The notes below the pieces were generated by a model. The model saw only the letters and a list, made by a program, of their open reading frames with translations, did not search any database and was not told the DNA's origin. From positions 1 through 64,000 of the forward strand of contig NW_026939106.1 in the NCBI RefSeq assembly GCF_032062105.1: a stretch of 64,000 nt of DNA, given 5' to 3'. The translations under genes were made by a program, and so were the position numbers. The DNA is from Saccostrea cucullata. Lineage: Eukaryota. Of the stretch, positions 59,601 through 64,000 are shown one piece after another. Numbering within the stretch: the first letter of the stretch is position 1; every line of letters starts with the position of its first letter.

Positions 59601-60522
59601 CTACTGTATACAGGGAAATTTTCGCTCCCATTTTATTTTCGCCCCTTTAGTGCATCCCTCATTTGGGCAAATTAAAAAAGAGCGAATTCAAAGAGTATAA
59701 TTTCTGGAACAAAATTATGATTGGGTGAAATTAAAATGGGGCAAAATTGTTTGCAAGAGTGAAAGGGCGAAAATAACCCTGTATACAGCATTTAATCAGA
59801 TATGCACACTATTTATCTGTATGAATGAGTAAAAAATAAAGTTTTAAACTTGCCAGCTACCATAACAGTTCAAAGTCGGTGCTTCTTAATTAAATATCTA
59901 CAGGTCAAATTACTATGTAATGTATCATGCCTGAAGAAAATGAAAAAAGAAGTTTTTACAAATATAAAAAAATAAATTTTAATCAGCACTTTTTTTCTCT
60001 ACAGCAAATGGAGTATCTACAGGAAGTGAACCACAATCTTTTATAACAACTTCCTCTTTTGGCTTATCACCACCTGCTGTTGGATTTCTTTCAATTTTTC
60101 TTACTACATCCTAGAAGAAAATAAAGTTAACATAGAATTTAGACAATTAAAATCTTTTAATTCTATCATCTAAAACAAAAATATAAATCTACTATATACA
60201 GTTGAACACCAGTATGTCAAACACTGAAATCTGGAAAATTGATATGTCAGATTGAAAGTCTCAACCACTTAATTTCTTATGTATTACTGTAAAATCACAG
60301 ATTTTCGAGGCGTCAAATTTTCGTGGTTTGAGGAAAATAAATCGGTTCATGGGGATTTGAATTTGTGGTTGGAGAATTGTTCAGTAGTAATATATGTGAA
60401 AAATTTCATTTCGTGGTGGACATAAATTTGTGGGTCTCTTCATACCTTGAAAACCATGAACATTAAACTCCCATGAAAATTAGTGATTTCACAGTAAATC
60501 CTTTATAAATATTTCAAATACT
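59601..60522. mobile_element. Tc1/mariner-type MITEs near and within PPIB (59601-59789; 60197-60522 with nested 60285-60496)
   Basis: TACTGTATACAGG..CCTGTATACAG, TACAGTTGAAC..GTTTGACTGTA, and nested TACTGTAAAATCAC..GTGATTTCACAGTA. Confidence 0.7.
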
Positions 60523-62446
60523 CAGATATCTCAATGTTTTTTCTTGCTCCCATTGAATTTGAGTTAACTAAGTTTGACTGTAAACTTGAAATAGCAAAAA
60601 TCTTAAAATTTCCCATATAAAACAAAATTAACCAAAAAAAGCCTTCAGTTTCTTTATATTTATCAATGATTACCAAAAAATGCATTTGGATATAAAGTAA
60701 AACTGGTCAAATCTGAACGTTAATGGTTCCAAATAAATTGGCCGGATTAAACAACCTTTCAGTTTAAACAACTTATTAAACTATCAAATTTACTGAAAGT
60801 GACTTAAAAATTTAGATCGTATTAAACAAGATGTTAGTTTACACAGCATCAGGATTAGACAAGTTTCACTATAAAATCATACCATGCCCTCCAGGACTTT
60901 CCCAAATACAACATGTCTTCCGTCCAGCCATTCTGTTTTCTTGACTGTGATGAAGAACTGAGATCCATTTGTGTCCTTGCCGGCATTAGCCATGGAGAGC
61001 CAGCCAGAGCCATAATGCTTCAGCTTAAAATTCTCATCAGCAAACTTCTCTCCATAAATACTTCTCCCTAAAATTACATAAAATCATGTTTACCTGTATG
61101 ACAATATAAACTGACATCCAAGAAGTACCTATATGAGTTGAAATTCAATTCAGAGTGTCAAGGATAAGGATCCAGTGAACATTTACCATATTCATTCTGA
61201 TTTTTTAAAAAATATTTAAGAATTGTCATAATTCTTAAATGCTTGAAAACAAAAAGCAAACTAATATAAATGATTTTGGCTGCTTAAATAACAATCAATT
61301 TAGCAAAGAAGATAGGACAAGATATATGTTGTATAGCCTCCAAGTTTTTAAAGAAATAATTGACTTGTAAATAAAAAGATCCCTTAATATTTTAAAAGTT
61401 GTAAATATGATTTCCTGTTAGGATTAGGTATACCTTAGAATTACATGTAATATTTTTTTAAGAGAGGGCAATGAATGGTTCTTGTCCTATCTTGTTCTTT
61501 AAATCTTTGGTTTGACCTGAAAATATCCTAACTGTGTTGAGGGCTTGTCTGGACAATGGATTATTCTAGCTACATGGGTTAGTGAACAAAAACTTCATAT
61601 ATTCCCTACCCCCAGTTCCATCTCCCCTGGTGAAGTCCCCTCCCTGGATCATGAAGTCTGGAATCACACGATGGAATTTACTACCTTTGTAAGTCAGCTT
61701 TTTACCATCTCTCTCCTACAAAAGTGCATATAATATTGATTCAATACTTACAAGACATAGATCTTTGGTAATATACATTGATGAACAGCTTTTATGAGAA
61801 TGCATATGTTGTCTTTTACAGAATAGAACAAAGTTAAATACCTCTGTTCCTTCTGCAATAGTTTTAAAATTTTTCACAGTTTTGGGGACGGTTTTACCAA
61901 ACAACCCTATCACTATCCTCCCAGCATCTTTTCCTCCTATTGTGATATCAAAGTAAACCTACAAGGAAATAAAACAAGACAAATGAAAAAGAGTCGCAAG
62001 AAACAGAGTGACCTATTAAAAAACAGCTTGCAAAATAAGTTAAATTCAGTACTTATAGTGCCAGCTTTAATGCAAAGATATTGTGCAGTCATCCTTGACT
62101 TTATTTCCTCTTCGACTAGCTTGGTATAGAATTACATGTAGAGAGGTATTACTTTACTTTTGAATTAACATTATGACTATATTAGCCCACCGTACTAACT
62201 GTATAAAATACAATTTCTTAACAATAGAGCTAAAATTTATATCATGTGCACTGTTACACAGTCATATACCTGTAAACATTAAATGGCATATGAGCCACCT
62301 GTAAATGTAATATGGGTACAGTCAGTGTGCAAGTTGTACACGTGTTTATTACTTACTTTGTCTGTGACTTTGGGCCCCTTGGGCTTGTCATCACCTAAGA
62401 GACCTGGGACTATCAGAAATAAGGCTAGAGCACTGAGGACAAGCAT
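59979..62446 (-). CDS. PPIB: Peptidyl-prolyl cis-trans isomerase B (cyclophilin B), 209 aa
   Basis: Exons 62446-62357, 61958-61842, 61715-61610, 61067-60883 and 60110-59979. Signal peptide, [83 protein letters not shown], and C-terminal PFAVEK. Confidence 0.96.
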
Positions 62447-62539
62447 TATGACTATAACTTTCCTGCGCCAAAGCAGAGATACGACTTTACTCAATGAAAA
62501 ACCTATGGCTTTGCTTGACTGACTACACCGGTGTTGTTT

Positions 62540-62590
62540 GTCTAAACCGGAAGACCGGGTTCTGAGTTGTAGCAATTTGATTGGTTGTTA
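62540..62590 (-). promoter_or_regulatory. Probable PPIB core promoter
   Basis: CCGGAAG (ETS-like) and GATTGG (CCAAT) motifs about 100-140 bp upstream of the ATG. Confidence 0.4.
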
Positions 62591-64000
62591 TTGACTCCTA
62601 TGGAAAGCCAGTGGGTATTTTATGAAATACTAGTTAATCGGTAAATTCAAGATATTAAAGCACTACTCTTGTTTAAAAATAAACACTTTTTGTTTTCTGT
62701 CTGCTCCTACTCCATTTTTTGAAATTAAGACGATTTGTTATATTTAAAAATCGAAAAGTATCTCCTAATAAAGGGGCATTACTCTGTTATTCTTAATCAA
62801 AACTGTACAGTGAGCATTATACATATCGAACATTTTTGCAAGCTCAAACAACCCGAAATTATTTCATCCTTAAAAGACATATCTTCTTGTTGGGTCGTCT
62901 TTGTATTGTACGTCATTTGTAAACTTGAACATTTTCATTTTTTTATGTCTCTTGATAGGCCAGCAGACAACATTTCAAACTATTTCTGATACTTGCAACG
63001 TCTATGCCGTCTACTGATTTTTATTAGAAAATGAGACTAATTTTCAAATAGAAATCAATAAACGACAAATATAAAACATCAACGACATACTTATGAGTAA
63101 AAAAGTGAATTCAATTCTGCTTTCTACTCCCCCTAGGCTCCTAGAACTCTCTTCCCAAAGGGGTCTAAACCATCAAATTCAATGTAATTTTCAAAAATAA
63201 ATCTCAAGTTAACAAATCACATCAGGGGTTAATTGATTTGCATGATTATAAAGAACAATTACCCTGTAATAAAATAAAAACTTAATAAATATGTTGTCTG
63301 GTTGCTACAGAATTGTAGCTCTCTGCCTGAAATATTAGGACATATAAAGCTTTTAATAACTGTCCAAATTTTCTCAAGTAGAGAGCGGGGCTACAGCTCT
63401 GCAGTTAGTTGTCTGGATCTTTGGCATCTTCGCTAGCCAAGGGTTTCCGATCCGATACCTACTCTTCAACCCTTGGCAGATTTAGCTGAAAATTTTAGAA
63501 CTCGCGCAAACGAATTTGATTGGCTGCGAAGTCCGAGTCTACGCAAGGTTTTTACTAATCGACGATTTTCGGCTGAATTAAAGTCTGTTCGTGTTTTATG
63601 CAAAATAAGAGTAATATTTACAAGGGATGAAAGTTAGGACGTGATATATGCTTAAAAAACAAGGGATTAATTAATTTGAATTTTTTTCTTTTAATTATAT
63701 ATGTTTTCAAGAATTATTGAAAGGACCACATAAGTCCGTGTTCCGCATTTTAGGTGCGTCAATTTAAGCCAATCAAATGTCACGGCTCATTGATAATAAT
63801 TGATACCGCAACAAGTAGAAAGTGGGGTCAAACTCTTGACTAAAAATCCACGACGAACAATATTTTCTACAACTTTTGAGGTGTGCCCACTGCCCACAGC
63901 TGTGTGAAGTTGTTTGGATATATTCCACATCAAATTGCATGGAGGTCGCCATATTGTTTTAAACGTCATATTGATCTACGTATGTTACAGCTATTTTCAT

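Noticed and set aside
13891-62446. Functional cluster of ER/secretory or proton-handling genes (IER3IP1, ADPGK, PPIB, SLC17, Hv-like)
   Set aside because: Animal gene neighbourhoods rarely imply a shared pathway, and there is no shared regulatory evidence in the sequence.
62447-62575. Long in-frame N-terminal extension of PPIB
   Set aside because: No upstream ATG. The ORF-track start is a non-ATG codon within the promoter/UTR.
63400-64000. Possible gene start or transposon end at the window edge
   Set aside because: CCAAT motifs and a minus-strand ATGGCG are present, but there is no supportable ORF or TIR within the window.

Overview
AT-rich eukaryotic (animal) genomic DNA. The repeat content (Helentron/HINE-like elements with internal satellites, Nin-like SINEs, Penelope-like relics) points to a bivalve mollusc, most likely an oyster. 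Manual GT-AG splicing with phase checks gives seven protein-coding genes. (1) An unrecognised 184-aa highly charged protein with a basic/CLCCC tail (-). (2) IER3IP1/Yos1 (+). (3) A TRIM RING-Bbox-Bbox-coiled coil-NHL-like protein with a single coding exon (-). (4) A 10-exon, 496-aa Hv1/TMEM266-family voltage-sensor-domain protein (+), head-to-head with the TRIM gene. (5) ADPGK (-). (6) A VGLUT-like SLC17 transporter (-). (7) Cyclophilin B/PPIB (-). Introns and intergenic DNA are packed with MITEs, HINEs, SINEs and long palindromes. The most notable item is the divergent Hv-like protein. It keeps the S1 selectivity Asp and three S4 Arg, lacks the signature S4 Trp, carries a Pro in S4, has 13 Cys including three CxxC motifs in its voltage-sensor region, and ends in a PDZ-type motif. 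All exon models were built by eye and have no transcript support.
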